Source of the DNA: Candidatus Peregrinibacteria bacterium
Lineage (GTDB): Bacteria > Patescibacteriota > Gracilibacteria > UBA1369
Length of the DNA stretch: 64,000 nt
Assembly (NCBI GenBank): GCA_020851415.1
Contig: JADZCU010000032.1
Location: 38,379 to 102,378, forward strand
Direction: 5' to 3'
Shown: positions 1 to 10,821 of the stretch, piece after piece
Numbering within the stretch: the first letter of the stretch is position 1
How the letters are laid out: each line of letters starts with the position of its first letter
Made by a program: the position numbers and the translations under genes
Notes under the pieces: generated by a model
Databases searched by the model: none
Told to the model about the DNA's origin: nothing
The model's input: only the letters and a program-made list of their open reading frames with translations

Positions 1-2274
1 TATACCGCAATCGAATACACACAAAAAAATGGTATTTTTACCGGTTATCCGGACGGTACATTTCAACCAGATCGTGTACTCAATCGCGCTGAACAACTCA
101 AGGTATTCATGCTCCTCGACGGCGTCAGTCCGAATCCTGACACATACAAAAATTGCTTCCCCGATGTCACAACCGAATGGTTCGCAAAATACGTCTGCTA
201 CGCAAAAGAAAAAGGTATTGTACAAGGATACCCAGATGCCACATTCCGTCCATCACAGTTGGTCAACAAAGCCGAAACACTCAAAATGTTGGGTGAACTT
301 CAGAATTGGCCGTTCGTGCAAAGCACAAATACGACATTTGAAGATGTTCCTTTAGACGCTTGGTATGCTCCCTACGTAGCTTTTGCCAAAGAGCAGAATC
401 TGCTGGAAGAAACCGGTACAAAATTGGAACCGGGACAAGGAATATCACGTGCAAAAACAGCCGAACTCATCTTTAGATCATTGGCACCCGAATATCTCCA
501 AAAACCTTATTCAAGCCAAATAATTACTCAAATTCAGGAAATTATTCTTTCATTTTCAAACACTGAAAACAGCAAACAAATCATAACAGTTCAATCTATA
601 ACACCGGAAAATGGCTCACTAAAAGTAGACCAACCATACGAGATTATTTTCACGGCTGGCACGGATTTAGGAAAAGATGTTGATATTCAGGATCTGGAAA
701 TATTTTTCCTTCAACCCTACGTCAACACAGATGAAGCCGGGAACTCACCGCTGGAATATTTCACAGCCGAAAAACTGACAGATGATGCCTACAGTGTAAA
801 AGTACAAAATACCAAAAGTGGCACAGGTGCCATTGTTTTTAAAGATGCAATTTCAGGAACTACACAGAGTGTTGCCATAAACTACCTCCCCGGAACACCA
901 TCAAGAATTGATATTCACGAAACACATGGACTTGCTCAAAACTCCATCAAAACCAGAAAATATTCAGTGGCGCTGCATGACAATTACAACAACATCATTC
1001 CGGGTGCCGAAATCAAAGTAACATCAAATACCGGCAGCACAGCCGTAAAAAAGATGACAGACGGAACTGCGGAAGTAAGTTTTACGGCAGAAAAGTTTGG
1101 CATGGCCGAACTCAATATTTCCAGCTCATTCAACGGAATAACCAAACAGCAAAAAATACTCGTGGATGTGCTGCCTTTCGGCCTCGGCGGGGCGCCAGGA
1201 CATTTAACTGAAGCTGACTATTCTGCAGAAATACCGCTCTTACTTTTCATCCCAGAAAACCCAAGTGACGCAAACGAATTTCAAATCCAGCTAGAAATCC
1301 CTGCCGAACTTCCACTCATCGGGTTTAGTCCAACCGGTGTATTGAGTGATTTGGTAAACGTTGAAGTAATACTTTCAGAAACCAATTTTCATCAGATTTT
1401 CATAAGCGGGAATTATCCTTCAGAAGAAGGCGAATTCAGTGGAGTACTCGGCGATATCATGTTCGAAGAGATCCCTGAAGGTCAGCATGAAATAGCCGGT
1501 TCAATAACACTTTCATCAGAGCAACCGGATTACGCCGAAACTCTCTACATGCCAGGCAACGGTACCATAGTTCAGGCAGGTGAAAACTCAGTATATGTAC
1601 CAATCTATTCACGTCCGTTTTCGCCGATTACCGGTAAAACCCAAAAAACAATCTGCATTGATGCCTTCATAGAGCCTGGAATAGGAGTAACTCTCGATCA
1701 GGTAAAATCTGACGTTGCGCAGACGGAGGATATTTTTTACAAAAATGCACTCAACTGTAACTGCCCGCACTTCCTCAAAATCGATGTAAGTGGGATGACC
1801 CTAAGCCCTGCTGATTGGCAAACACTTACCGATAACGATAATCAAATTTCCCACGCCAATATCGCGGATATGGTAAAAAACAGGCTTCCAGTAGCACCAA
1901 GAAGCGCCTGCACACCGGTAATCTACACAGATGACATCACGGAACGTGGATCTAGTTTCCGTGACAGCGAAACAGATGATCTCAGTACACAGGGAAAAAT
2001 TGGCGCCAACATCATGGTAAACAACGCCAATGATATAGACGGAAGAACACTCGCTCATGAATTGGCACACCATTTAAGCGGCCAAAGAATCGAAGATCCA
2101 AAACGCGGAGCGGCACAGGGCGCAGGAAGCGACGATAATCTCATGTCCTATGACGAAGCTGACGAAGAGGGCAATATAACCAGAAAAGTCACCGGTGATG
2201 ATCTCACAAAAACCCAATGTGATCTCATCAGTTGGGATCATTGGCGCTTTGGTGCATATCCACCAAATCAATAA
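1..2274 (+). CDS. SLH-domain surface protein with Ig-like middle region and C-terminal metzincin-like zinc protease motif (5' partial; frame is open from nt 1)
   Basis: Frame 1 is open from position 1. It gives repeated SLH signatures (GYPDGTFQPD..NRAE, GYPDATFRPSQLVNKAE) and the C-terminal motif TLAHELAHHLSG followed by NLMSY (HExxH plus a Met-turn-like element). Confidence 0.75.
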   Translation, partial: YTAIEYTQKNGIFTGYPDGTFQPDRVLNRAEQLKVFMLLDGVSPNPDTYKNCFPDVTTEWFAKYVCYAKEKGIVQGYPDATFRPSQLVNKAETLKMLGELQNWPFVQSTNTTFEDVPLDAWYAPYVAFAKEQNLLEETGTKLEPGQGISRAKTAELIFRSLAPEYLQKPYSSQIITQIQEIILSFSNTENSKQIITVQSITPENGSLKVDQPYEIIFTAGTDLGKDVDIQDLEIFFLQPYVNTDEAGNSPLEYFTAEKLTDDAYSVKVQNTKSGTGAIVFKDAISGTTQSVAINYLPGTPSRIDIHETHGLAQNSIKTRKYSVALHDNYNNIIPGAEIKVTSNTGSTAVKKMTDGTAEVSFTAEKFGMAELNISSSFNGITKQQKILVDVLPFGLGGAPGHLTEADYSAEIPLLLFIPENPSDANEFQIQLEIPAELPLIGFSPTGVLSDLVNVEVILSETNFHQIFISGNYPSEEGEFSGVLGDIMFEEIPEGQHEIAGSITLSSEQPDYAETLYMPGNGTIVQAGENSVYVPIYSRPFSPITGKTQKTICIDAFIEPGIGVTLDQVKSDVAQTEDIFYKNALNCNCPHFLKIDVSGMTLSPADWQTLTDNDNQISHANIADMVKNRLPVAPRSACTPVIYTDDITERGSSFRDSETDDLSTQGKIGANIMVNNANDIDGRTLAHELAHHLSGQRIEDPKRGAAQGAGSDDNLMSYDEADEEGNITRKVTGDDLTKTQCDLISWDHWRFGAYPPNQ

Positions 2275-2281
2275 CAACAAA

Positions 2282-2309
2282 AGCCCCCTGTTTTCGAGGG
2301 GGCTTTTTT
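2282..2309 (+). terminator. Rho-independent terminator after the SLH/protease gene
   Basis: The stem AGCCCCCT / AGGGGGCT is followed by a T6 run directly after the stop codon at 2274. Confidence 0.7.
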
Positions 2310-2323
2310 GTTATCATCGCTTT

Positions 2324-3451
2324 ATGAATCAAAGAAATGTCACAACACTTTTTATTGTCTGCCTGTCCCTGGGACTAATGAGCGTGATCGAATTTTCCAT
2401 ACTCCAATCACAATCGCCTTTTCAACTTCAACCATTTCAGCAAATCAATATCGATGCACCTAACACGCAGCAGGATATCAATATTGATCAACAAATAAGC
2501 CAGGAAAACATAACAACAGAAATTGTATCAGCCGCAAAAATAGCAGAAGAATGCGCTCCGGAAATAACCCAGCAAGCCCGAAAAAACTGTTACGAATCCA
2601 AAATCCTCACTGCGATAAATCAAGACCCAACGAAGACCAACAAAATTTTCACAGACATTTGGGATCTCGCAGTAAAACAAAAAATCTCCGACGACCCCCG
2701 CATATTCCTAGACCCAGCCCACGAAGCCGGCATGATGCTAGCATCTGAAAAAATCCCTTTAGAAGAGGCTTTTGCATTCTGCGGTACAACCTTCAAACAA
2801 GGCTGTATGCACGGCTATATCATGGATTATATCGACGACAAATACCCAAACGAAATAGATCCCAAGTCACTCAAAACAATATGTGAAAACCTCAAAGATC
2901 CTCTCTCAAAAATAAACTGCATCCACGGTTTAGGCCACGAACTCACCGCCAAAATAAAAAAAGATTTACCGGAAGTACTTTCCACATGCAAAGACATTGC
3001 AGAAAACGCCAGCGAGTTATCCGCATGTCAAAGCGGTATTTTTATGGAATACACCAAGGGCAAACCAGGCACGGGCAGCCACTCCCACAACGCCGTTGGC
3101 CTCGTCCGCCTCCCCTGTACCACACTCCCGGACGAATACAAAAAAACATGCATAGCCTCAGAAGGAGCATACCGCCAATACAATCCGAGCCATGAAGATT
3201 TCAAAACCACCTACAACTTCTGCTTATCCAGCGATGCAGAATACATTCCAAGTTGCATGCTGGCAGTTTCCGAACGTGCGGTAATCGCCACAGCAGAAAA
3301 CGCCGAAAAAGAGATCACTCTCTGCAATGAACTGAAAAATGAACACCGTCCGCTATGCATAGACTCACTCATTCAAGTCAGCATTACTCAATTCAACAAC
3401 AAAAATCTCACTGCAAGATTGCAAGAGTACCAATCAGGAATTTCCAACTAA
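2324..3451 (+). CDS. Hypothetical membrane-anchored or secreted Cys-rich protein
   Basis: An ATG at 2324 follows the terminator. The N-terminal hydrophobic segment TTLFIVCLSLGLMSVIEF is followed by many spaced Cys residues. I recognise no family. Confidence 0.55.
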   Translation: MNQRNVTTLFIVCLSLGLMSVIEFSILQSQSPFQLQPFQQINIDAPNTQQDINIDQQISQENITTEIVSAAKIAEECAPEITQQARKNCYESKILTAINQDPTKTNKIFTDIWDLAVKQKISDDPRIFLDPAHEAGMMLASEKIPLEEAFAFCGTTFKQGCMHGYIMDYIDDKYPNEIDPKSLKTICENLKDPLSKINCIHGLGHELTAKIKKDLPEVLSTCKDIAENASELSACQSGIFMEYTKGKPGTGSHSHNAVGLVRLPCTTLPDEYKKTCIASEGAYRQYNPSHEDFKTTYNFCLSSDAEYIPSCMLAVSERAVIATAENAEKEITLCNELKNEHRPLCIDSLIQVSITQFNNKNLTARLQEYQSGISN

Positions 3452-3825
3452 GGCTTAAAAAACAAAAGCCCCAAAACCACCGAAACTAAATTCAAAACAA
3501 ACGAGAACACAATCGCCTCCCGCGTTTTTAACTTAAAACAGAAAGCATAAAAAACAGCTTCCATTAGCCACGCAAACAACTCAGCCACAACCTGAAAAAC
3601 AATCTTCGGCGCAAGAATATAAGGCAAAACAAACCACACATAAGGCAGAGTCATCACGCTTGCCATAGCAATCACCACAACAAACTTCCACCACTTCACT
3701 CCACCCAAAACCTTTTTCCTAAAAAAGCCGAGCTTGGTTTCAAGAATTCTAAATAAAATTCCAGCACCAAGCTCGGCAACGATGGTAAAAAGAAGACCCT
3801 TAAGAAAGATAATTTCGTAGTGCAA
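3448..3825 (-). CDS. Small integral membrane protein (about 4 TM segments)
   Basis: The 125-aa ORF is almost entirely hydrophobic helices and is tightly packed against the neighbouring minus-strand gene. Confidence 0.5.
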   Translation of the reverse strand: MHYEIIFLKGLLFTIVAELGAGILFRILETKLGFFRKKVLGGVKWWKFVVVIAMASVMTLPYVWFVLPYILAPKIVFQVVAELFAWLMEAVFYAFCFKLKTREAIVFSFVLNLVSVVLGLLFFKP

Positions 3826-3827
3826 TA

Positions 3828-4896
3828 TTACTGAAGTTCAAGTGCGTGATCCATGAAATTATACATCATCAAGCCCATTTCACCTCGTGTAATTTTCTGA
3901 TCTGGAGACTCAACAGTTGATGGTTTGCCATTGATAGAATCAAATACGTTTATGAACTGCAGATACCAAGGATCAGTAGTTTCGTTTGGTGCAGAATTGA
4001 AAGCATTCACAATAATTTTTGCCGCCTCTGCGTAATTAATATTTTGTTCTGGCTTAAAAGTACCATCACTATAACCTGCGATAATACCTTCATTAAATGC
4101 ATGACAAACAGGATCTCTGTACCATGTGTCTTCAGAAGTCGAAACATCCGAAAAGATTTTCACAGAGCAGTCATAGATTTTCAAAGACTGAGTGGCATTC
4201 CCCATCATGATTTTCGTAAATTCAGCTCGATTGATCAAGCTGTCGGGTTTATAAGTTCCATCATCATAGCCTTGGATTGAACCATTACGTTTAAGGCTTG
4301 CAAGAGCCAATGCATACGAGCTGGTGCTCGGAACGTCATCAAAAATCGGAGTGCTAATTTCCATGGAACTCTTATCTGCAGGAACAACAGCAGGTTCAGT
4401 TCGCGTATCTGTTGTATCAGTTTTTTCACCTAAGTAATCAAGGGTAATAACACGTTTTTCATTATCAATACCGCTTACGGCGTAAAAACGGTCTACATAA
4501 GTATCGTTACTGATAATGTCAACGTAAGTATCATAAACATTAAAAGCATATGCGCCGTCTCCTCCCAAAACCGGATAAGCATTCACATCTTTTGCAGGAT
4601 CATAACCCTGTGTATCGGCGTTTTTTTTCAAACTCATCCGCATCAACCGCAAACAACAAAACAGTTTCGTACTTACCACCCTCTGCACAAGTCTCATCAG
4701 TTAAAACCTCAATAGTAGGAAAAGTTGCATCCATATCCTTATGTGAAACAATAAACTTCACTCCCGCAAAAGCAGAAGTATTTTGCAAAACCGCACACCC
4801 GGCAAGAGATTTTTGGCCTTCAGGAAGCGCATCGGCATACGCCAAAGACGTACTCAAAAACAAGCTCAGTAAAACCAAAGGTAGAACTTTCTTCAT
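3828..4896 (-). pseudogene. SLH-domain secreted protein interrupted by a 1-nt frameshift in an A8 run
   Basis: ORF 4600-4896 encodes a signal peptide (MKKVLPLVLLSLFLSTSLAYA). ORF 3828-4697 encodes two SLH repeats (GYDDGTYKPDSLINRAE, GYSDGTFKPEQNINYAE). The two frames overlap at the T8/A8 run at 4621-4628, and removing one A joins them. Confidence 0.65.
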
Positions 4897-5141
4897 AGGG
4901 AAATGAGATTAAAAATGGTCGGGCGATTCGAGAGAATCGTACCCGGGTTACTATTTGTCGAAACAAATGGTCGGGGTGATGAGGCATACCTAGAACCACC
5001 GACCGCATGGTGTTCTGGCTTTATTGAAGACGCTATACGCGAACTCAAGGTTCATTTTGACCAAGCAAATTATACGGGTTTCATGGGATTTCTATTAAGA
5101 ATTAGTTATAATCACAAGCGGAATCTTAAACAATTTCCTTA

Positions 5142-5744
5142 ATGACAATAGTTAATAAGTTTATACAAGGGTTTATTATTGGATCACTATTTGCTGTGAT
5201 TTTAATAAATTGGAATATTAGACCTGAAGAAAATAGATTCCTAAAAGATAATCCAGCGTCCCCAGCTTATCAGTTATCAAACCTTTTATCTGTTCCAGAA
5301 GTCGATGTTTTAATTGCCCCTTTAACATGGCCCATTTCCCTAGTTGAAATTAATAGAATAAGCAATGGATGGTCATCGGATTGTGAAAATACCGGATTTC
5401 CAGTGTCAATGGCGGAAATTAATTCTATGAGACTTTCAATTATATTATTACTTGGATTATACGTTGGTTCACTATTTCTATTAATTACTAAAAAGGGGGG
5501 AAAGGACATAGCAATAATTCTAACCTCTGCTTCTGTAATGAGTATTTTTGTAGTAACTACAAATCTAAATTTTATCTTTTTATACTTAATTCTTCATTTA
5601 ATCAGCTTGAGCTCAGTAGCTGGTTATTTTCGAATAATAAAACACAAAAAATCATGGCAAATGATGGGCCTTGGTCTTATTATCCTGGCTACTCTGATTG
5701 ATTATATCCTTGTTTTTATGATTTTTGCAGGTTACCAATGCTAA
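5142..5744 (+). CDS. Hypothetical integral membrane protein
   Basis: The 200-aa ORF has several long hydrophobic segments. I recognise no family. Confidence 0.45.
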   Translation: MTIVNKFIQGFIIGSLFAVILINWNIRPEENRFLKDNPASPAYQLSNLLSVPEVDVLIAPLTWPISLVEINRISNGWSSDCENTGFPVSMAEINSMRLSIILLLGLYVGSLFLLITKKGGKDIAIILTSASVMSIFVVTTNLNFIFLYLILHLISLSSVAGYFRIIKHKKSWQMMGLGLIILATLIDYILVFMIFAGYQC

Positions 5745-5780
5745 TGATTGAACACTAAGCATGTTCATCAGTTTTGCCGG

Positions 5781-6140
5781 CTAAATGATACGATTATTGG
5801 TTTGATTTTTTATCAAACCGGATAGCAATCTTGAAACTTCTTCCAGCTCTAATTTTGTACTTTTGAGATTCTGGGCACTGATTATGTCTTCGTCATTAAG
5901 TAATTCTAAAATCGAAGCACATTCAAAAACAGAACCTCTAGCAATTACATAAAAGTTCTTACGATCTTGTTTGGTTAATTTGCCAGTACCCTCTGCTATA
6001 TTCAAAAGTATACTTGTTGAAGCTCGATACAATTGGTCTCGAAGAATACTGTTAATCTTATTATGGGATACAAAAATTTGTATTTTACGGTTTACGATTT
6101 TGGCTTTTTGATAAGCAATAAGCTTTTCATAATCGAACAT
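5781..6140 (-). CDS. Four-helix-bundle protein (23S rRNA intervening-sequence protein family)
   Basis: The motif pattern LLNIAEGTGK..KDRKNFYVIARGSVFECASILELL is typical of this family. Confidence 0.8.
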   Translation of the reverse strand: MFDYEKLIAYQKAKIVNRKIQIFVSHNKINSILRDQLYRASTSILLNIAEGTGKLTKQDRKNFYVIARGSVFECASILELLNDEDIISAQNLKSTKLELEEVSRLLSGLIKNQTNNRII

Positions 6141-6268
6141 ACTTGGAATTTATGATACAAACCAGTAAACCACACCAAGATGAAACCAAACTAAAATATA
6201 AACTAAAAAAACACTAGACTCTCGATTCTAGAATCTAGTTACTAGAGTCTAGTACAGCTTTGCTGTAC

Positions 6269-6345
6269 TGGTCGGGGTGAAAGGGCTCGAACCTTCGACC
6301 TCCTGGTCCCAAACCAGGCGCGCTAGCCAACTGCGCTACACCCCG
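6269..6345 (-). tRNA. tRNA-Pro (anticodon TGG), CCA encoded
   Basis: The reverse complement reads CGGGGTGTAGCGCAGTTGGCTAGCGCGCCTGGTTTGGGACCAGGAGGTCGAAGGTTCGAGCCCTTTCACCCCGACCA. It folds as a cloverleaf with anticodon loop TTTGGGA. Confidence 0.93.
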
Positions 6346-6461
6346 ATGTTTTTCTTTTTTATCTATTTTTCCAATTTTAAGACCCCTAACTTATAGACAA
6401 AAACCTCTCTAAAGTCAAACCCGCGTGTTTGCCTAACTTCGTGTTTCATGGCATTTTTCTT

Positions 6462-6998
6462 ATGCCTATGGAAAAACTCTACACTCAAACTATCGGTCAG
6501 CCCGTTGTCACCGAACACGGCCACGTAGTTGGTCGGGTTTTCGATATGATAATAAACCCCGATACCGGGAAAATTGTCGCTTTTGTCCTCGGTCCAACAG
6601 GACAAAAAATAGTATCGCCAATCGACGTTTTAGCCTGGAATAGCGCCCTCATCATTAACGACGAAGAATCAATCTTAGAGCCCGACGATATCCAAATAGT
6701 GAGCAAGATAATAGAGAAAAACATTCACATAAGAGGCACCAAAGTATTCACAAAAAGCGGAGAATACATGGGAAAAGTTGGCGACATAGCCTTCAATACC
6801 AAAACATTCATGCTCACCGTTTTGCTCATAGGAAAAAGCTTTCTGGGCTTCTATTACGACAAAAAAAATGTCGCCCACAAAGACATAATACAAATCACCG
6901 TCGAGAAAATTATCATCAAAGATCCCTTGCGTTTAACCCCGGTTAAAGCTAAAAAGTTAAGCCCAAAGCTCAGCACGGACGCTGCAACTTCAGCTTAA
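6462..6998 (+). CDS. PRC-barrel domain protein (two PRC-like repeats)
   Basis: The segments [32 protein letters not shown] and [20 protein letters not shown] resemble the PRC barrel (YlmC/YmxH-like). The start is uncertain: TTG at 6429, ATG at 6462 or ATG at 6468. Confidence 0.6.
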   Translation: MPMEKLYTQTIGQPVVTEHGHVVGRVFDMIINPDTGKIVAFVLGPTGQKIVSPIDVLAWNSALIINDEESILEPDDIQIVSKIIEKNIHIRGTKVFTKSGEYMGKVGDIAFNTKTFMLTVLLIGKSFLGFYYDKKNVAHKDIIQITVEKIIIKDPLRLTPVKAKKLSPKLSTDAATSA

Positions 6999-7006
6999 TC
7001 GAATCC

Positions 7007-8221
<1,215 letters not shown>

Positions 8222-8318
8222 GTATTAAAATCAACTTCTCACCATAGTGTCACCAAATCTCATTGAAGTCGCATTTACATATCAATAAGCTAAAATAGCA
8301 ATCAATAATAGAAGCCAA

Positions 8319-8909
8319 ATGGATACTCCTCGCGGACCAGAGCATGGAGCGCACGAAAACGTGCACCGTACCATAAATGGACTCAGGGCAACCACGTGCC
8401 TTGTTTTAGCGGTAAACACAGATGCTAATCGGGAAATTATAGCTCGTGCAAGTAAGGCATCATCAGCAGTCAATGAAAGAAAACATTTTCTCCATCATGA
8501 GGTTGAACTGCTAAACCAAATTGATGGATTGGTTGCAAAAGACCAAAAAATTGCCTATTTCAATACCCTCATAAAACGTCTGGTATCAAATGGTTGTTGC
8601 ACTTTAGCAAGCATCCTGATTGAAGAAATCGACAAACGTGCGATAAAAGTACGTCAAGATTTAGAACCTAAAGGAGCAAACAATCCACCTATAGTAATTC
8701 AAAGACGCCGTGATTCTCTTCTCGATCAAGTAAACAAAGTCCTCACTCCGCTGTTTGGCAATGATAAACGTTCCCCATCTTATCCGGACCTTGCCGATTC
8801 AGATAATCGCATCAGTAGTATTCCCGAGACACCAAAAAGCCAGCCGGGCACAACCAGCCCACCCTCCGTCAAAGCACCGGATAAAGATAAAACCCCGACA
8901 AAAAAGTAA
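8319..8909 (+). CDS. Hypothetical protein with Pro/Ser/Lys-rich tail
   Basis: This is only an ORF. I recognise no motif and the start is uncertain. Confidence 0.35.
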   Translation: MDTPRGPEHGAHENVHRTINGLRATTCLVLAVNTDANREIIARASKASSAVNERKHFLHHEVELLNQIDGLVAKDQKIAYFNTLIKRLVSNGCCTLASILIEEIDKRAIKVRQDLEPKGANNPPIVIQRRRDSLLDQVNKVLTPLFGNDKRSPSYPDLADSDNRISSIPETPKSQPGTTSPPSVKAPDKDKTPTKK

Positions 8910-8920
8910 CGCGGAAAATT

Positions 8921-9439
8921 TTACCTCAGTTCATCATAGGCCTTTTCAATCATCGGCCTCCAGCTCTTATTGCCAATGATTTTGTCCTGCAAATCGAACA
9001 TAAATTTACGCTCCTCCGGTATTTCGTGGTCATAACCAAAAACGTGCAAAACGCCATGCACAAACAAAAATTGCATCTCCTCCAATACAGTTTTTCCATG
9101 CTCTTTCGCTTGTTTTTTCGCCGTATCAACAGAAATAACTATCTCTCCAATTAAATTTTCACGCCCCCCATCTGGGAAATGTGGTTCATCAAAATAACTC
9201 AGAGAAATCACATCGGTAGGCTTATTCATCCCTCTATACTCCCGATTATATTTTTTGATATTCGCATCCGTCACCAACATCAACTGCAAAACACCCCCTG
9301 TCATTTTTTTCGCCAGCGCTTTTTGCAATTTCAAAACACGCACGGCCTTCTCCAAAAATTTTTCAAAATCTGAAGACCCCGCACGGGTAGTCAACTTTCC
9401 CTTACTAAATTCAAGTGTATATTTCGGCATTTCCCTCAT
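8921..9439 (-). CDS. ybeY: rRNA maturation endoribonuclease YbeY
   Basis: It carries the HGVLHVFGYDHE zinc-binding motif with the surrounding YbeY pattern. Confidence 0.9.
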   Translation of the reverse strand: MREMPKYTLEFSKGKLTTRAGSSDFEKFLEKAVRVLKLQKALAKKMTGGVLQLMLVTDANIKKYNREYRGMNKPTDVISLSYFDEPHFPDGGRENLIGEIVISVDTAKKQAKEHGKTVLEEMQFLFVHGVLHVFGYDHEIPEERKFMFDLQDKIIGNKSWRPMIEKAYDELR

Positions 9440-9485
9440 TTATTAAAGTACTCACTTTTTCATCGCACCGCACGAACAAAAATCC

Positions 9486-10040
9486 CTAACCTTTGCTTTG
9501 CCCATACTGCCACAAAATTTCATAACCCACTATCCCAAACGCCGTCGCCACATTCAAAGAGTTCGCCCGGCCCAGCATGGGAATTTGCACACACATATCC
9601 AAAAGTTCCATACATTCATCACTTACACCATCCACTTCGTTACCTAAAACCAAAGCCAAAGGAAAATCGTAACGCGCCTCCTTGTAATGCTGGCTTCCCT
9701 CAGCCAATTCCAGACCACAAATCCTAACCCCGTTTTCTTTGAGTTTAAGAAGCGTTTCTTGGGTAGTCGGAACATATTCCCACGGCACGGTTAAGTCCGC
9801 CCCCAGGGCAGCTTTTGCAATATCAGCGCGTGGCGGATGAGCGGTAATACCGCACAAAAATATTTTCGAAGCCATCAGCGCATCACAGCTCCGAAAAATA
9901 GCCCCCACATTGTGAGTGCTTCGAATATTATCCAGGACAACAAACAGCGGCATTCGTTCTTTTTTCAAAATCTCCTCAATTGAGGGTTTGCTCCATAGTG
10001 ACTGTTTGCTGCTGTGTTTCTTGAATTGCTTGTTCATCAA
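9486..10040 (-). CDS. SpoU/TrmH-family RNA 2'-O-methyltransferase
   Basis: SpoU motifs are present: LDNIRSTHNVGAIFRSCDA, LVLGNEVDGVS and IPMLGRANSLNVATAFGI. The true start may be the ATG at 9953, which would remove the overlap with the upstream gene. Confidence 0.85.
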   Translation of the reverse strand: MMNKQFKKHSSKQSLWSKPSIEEILKKERMPLFVVLDNIRSTHNVGAIFRSCDALMASKIFLCGITAHPPRADIAKAALGADLTVPWEYVPTTQETLLKLKENGVRICGLELAEGSQHYKEARYDFPLALVLGNEVDGVSDECMELLDMCVQIPMLGRANSLNVATAFGIVGYEILWQYGQSKG

Positions 10041-10821
10041 TTACGGTTGGTTGATCCATAAATTCTTTCGCCCTGTCCATAAATTCAGTCATTTCCGCTC
10101 CTGTTACAGCGTCATTCGGGCGGAAGTATTCTTGATCCACTATCAGTCCGGCGTCAATCGCAAAGGCTACATAACGTCCATACCACCATTCATCTTCACT
10201 ATTTGGGTCTATATCACCAATACTATATTTCTCATCCAGGCTTTGTGTATGCCAATAATCTTCATCCATTTCAAATTTTTCCTTCCACGAAAGTTGATTG
10301 GTTGCACCCAAAATCACCTTTAAAGCCTGAATTCTGGTCAGATAATGGTTCGGGTGAAAGGGTGTCTGGCTCTCGCTCAAATAGCCGTGAACCAGTCCCA
10401 AGAGAGTCGCTATGTGAATCGCTTCAGAATATTTATTCCCAATTTTTACATCAGGATACAAAGTCAAAGGGTCAAACGTAATCCCGTCAAAATCAGATAT
10501 TGCACTAAAAACAAAAAAACATTCGTCCGGAACTTGGAAGCAGCTCTCAATAAATTTTTCGTTCAATGTCTCCAAGTCAAAAAAATCCACAACTCTCTGA
10601 ACCGCCTCGCCGCGCGTAAGTGGTTCATCGCTATGAGTCGAACCATAAGAAACCGGAATGTCAGTGACATTGTCTACTGTCAAAACCTCATCTTCGAAGC
10701 TAAGAGCAGCAAAAGCCATCGGCATACTAGACAGACTAAGTAGACAGACGGTAGACAGTACGTTGACAATGGTTGGACGTAGTTTAAACAAGGCTTTTTG
10801 AGTTTCTAGGGCTTGCGTCAT
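9976..10821 (-). CDS. Secreted protein with degenerate SLH-like repeats
   Basis: The N-terminal signal peptide ends in ..MPMAFA. Repeated LTRGEAV, LTRIQALKVILGA and TGAEMTEFMDRA segments follow. Confidence 0.5.
   Translation of the reverse strand: MTQALETQKALFKLRPTIVNVLSTVCLLSLSSMPMAFAALSFEDEVLTVDNVTDIPVSYGSTHSDEPLTRGEAVQRVVDFFDLETLNEKFIESCFQVPDECFFVFSAISDFDGITFDPLTLYPDVKIGNKYSEAIHIATLLGLVHGYLSESQTPFHPNHYLTRIQALKVILGATNQLSWKEKFEMDEDYWHTQSLDEKYSIGDIDPNSEDEWWYGRYVAFAIDAGLIVDQEYFRPNDAVTGAEMTEFMDRAKEFMDQPTVIDEQAIQETQQQTVTMEQTLN

Noticed and set aside
9976-10040. 65-nt overlap between the SpoU/TrmH gene start and the upstream gene end
   Set aside because: It is probably not a real overlap. An in-frame ATG at 9953 (MPLFVVLDNIRS...) gives a typical SpoU N-terminus and removes the overlap.
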